From Camelus ferus (lineage: Eukaryota): a stretch of DNA of 64,000 nucleotides. The translations under genes were made by a program, and so were the position numbers. Of the stretch, positions 62,471-64,000 are shown piece after piece. Under the pieces are notes generated by a model. The model was given only the letters and a program-made list of their open reading frames with translations, was not told where the DNA came from and did not search any database. How positions within the stretch are numbered: position 1 is the first letter of the stretch; every line of letters begins with the position of its first letter. The stretch lies in assembly GCF_009834535.1 (NCBI RefSeq), contig NC_045697.1, forward strand, positions 94,862,001 through 94,926,000, written 5' to 3'.

Positions 62471-63484
62471 TTCAAAATAACCTGCAATCATGTTATCTAT
62501 CCCAATTTTATTTCTTAAACAGATTTGTCCAATGTTTTACTCAGTGGGTTCCAACTTCTAAGTCAGGGCAATTGTAAGTTATGGAAATGAAAGCTGTGAA
62601 TAATTTGCCTTAAAATATACACAAGTAAAGTACATTTTTGGTTTTCTCTTCAATATAACTCAGGTTTTCATTTCTGTATCATTTCATTTCTATACCTTAA
62701 TCTGAAGAGAAAGGAATGACATTCTAACTTGCAATTTGTGCAGAGTCTTCCAACCATTCACTGGCATGTCTGAGAGATGGTTTTGCACCAGAGAATACTG
62801 ACAGTCCTGTTTGTTATTGAGAACATCTGACTCTAATACCTAGCTTATCTGAAAATAAACTGTATTTCATATGCAAACATTTACATTCTTCTTAGAAATG
62901 GGTAAGATACACAAATATTATTGCTGGCAATTATAAAAAGTGCAAGAAAACTTGACAGTTTCTGGAAAAACATACAAGGTGAAGGGAAAAGCAAAGTAAC
63001 TCCTTTGTTTGAGAAAATCTTAACCAGAATGAGCTGACTGTACTTAAGAGAATACTAATGAAATTTTAAGTGGTGTTTACAATTAATTTGAGGTGTTGCT
63101 GAACTTTGAATCTTTCCCTTAGTATTTCCTGAAGTTTCCTGGTAGTCAATACTGAATTCACAAGACATTCCTCTTAAGAGTTGTTCTTCAGAATTATTTC
63201 TCAAAATACTGTTCTTATTATATGTCCAATATTCTTTTGGTCAACAACATTTACACTTCCAGAATATAAGCAGGTATGTCTTGCCTAATATCAGCGTTTT
63301 ATTTGCTTTAACCACAAAATGGAATGTTCTACTGATTGAAATTTAATTTTTTTTTTTTTTTGGTAAAGTGAAAACTGGACTTCCTGGGCTCTTATTAAAC
63401 ATACATGTGTGTACATATACACTAATCTATATACATGTTTTAGCTTGTTTTATACATGTGTATGTATGTGAGATATATATATAA

Positions 63485-63513
<29 letters not shown>
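63485..63513. repeat. (GT)n(AT)n compound microsatellite
   Basis: Direct reading. Confidence 0.9.
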
Positions 63514-63515
<2 letters not shown>

Positions 63516-63544
63516 GTTTGCATTCTGTGTATAGATGTAGTTTC

Positions 63545-64000
63545 TTTTCCTGGCTCTTTCTGTCTTTCCTTCAAGTTATGTGTAATAATGGTTTGTTCTT
63601 TTATAATGTTGAATAGTATTCCATCATATGAATGTATCACAATTTGCATATCTATTCACCTGCTGTGGAATATTTGAGTTGTATCCTCAATTTACTATGA
63701 ACATTCTTCTGCAAGGATTTTTGTGGACATAAATTTTTATTTCTTTTGGAAAAATACCTAGCCATGGGATTTCTGAGACATGTGTTTTCCAAAATGGAAT
63801 CTGTTTTCCAAAGTAGTTGTACCATTTTACAAAACCAAGAGACCTGTATTACTCTAGTTGTCCCACATACTTGGCAACTCTTGATATGGTCAGCCTGTAT
63901 AATTTTAGGCATTGTATTGAGCTTATAGTGGTAATCTACGGTGACTAAAGATGCTAATCATCTCTTCATTTGTTAATTGATTATTTTATGTCTTGTTTTG
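63545..64000 (-). mobile_element. Old L1 (L1MC/MD/ME-like) 3' region, running off the window end
   Basis: 'tgttgaatagtattccatcatatgaatgtatcacaattt...ctgttttccaaagtagttgtaccattttac'. Confidence 0.8.

Noticed and set aside
264..63928. The ~100 short ORFs of the six-frame track as genes
   Set aside because: All are 60-109 aa. Many use alternative starts, are low-complexity (F/L/I-rich, CV repeats) or lie in repeats. Only the L1 ORF2 remnants resemble known proteins.
1..64000. CRISPR array, operons, tRNA or rRNA
   Set aside because: No regularly spaced repeats, long ORFs or structured RNA genes are visible; the DNA is mammalian.

Overview
This is AT-rich, CpG-depleted mammalian nuclear DNA, most likely a long intron or gene-poor intergenic region. 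It is not prokaryotic. I found no confidently identifiable protein-coding gene, RNA gene or CRISPR array. The only clearly protein-like ORFs are decayed LINE-1 ORF2 fragments (endonuclease start, RT region with a FADD motif, C-terminus). Most recognisable sequence is interspersed repeat: ancient eutherian L2, MIR, MaLR (MLT1), ERVL LTRs (LTR16-, LTR33- and MER74-like), hAT and mariner MITEs, old L1M pieces, and a ~5.3 kb minus-strand L1 that keeps both ends but lacks ORF1. Several short, younger L1 3' ends are of cetartiodactyl type. I saw no ruminant, pig or cetacean SINEs, so a camelid source is a reasonable inference. The best-supported observations are retrotransposition signatures: a twin-primed L1 inversion with a 15-bp TSD, a probable short 3' transduction, and nested insertions with TSDs. 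Weaker leads are candidate exons and transcription-factor motif clusters in repeat-free stretches. Repeat family names come from recalled consensus sequences and need RepeatMasker/Dfam confirmation; most repeat boundaries are approximate. I did not find a novel biological system that the sequence supports.
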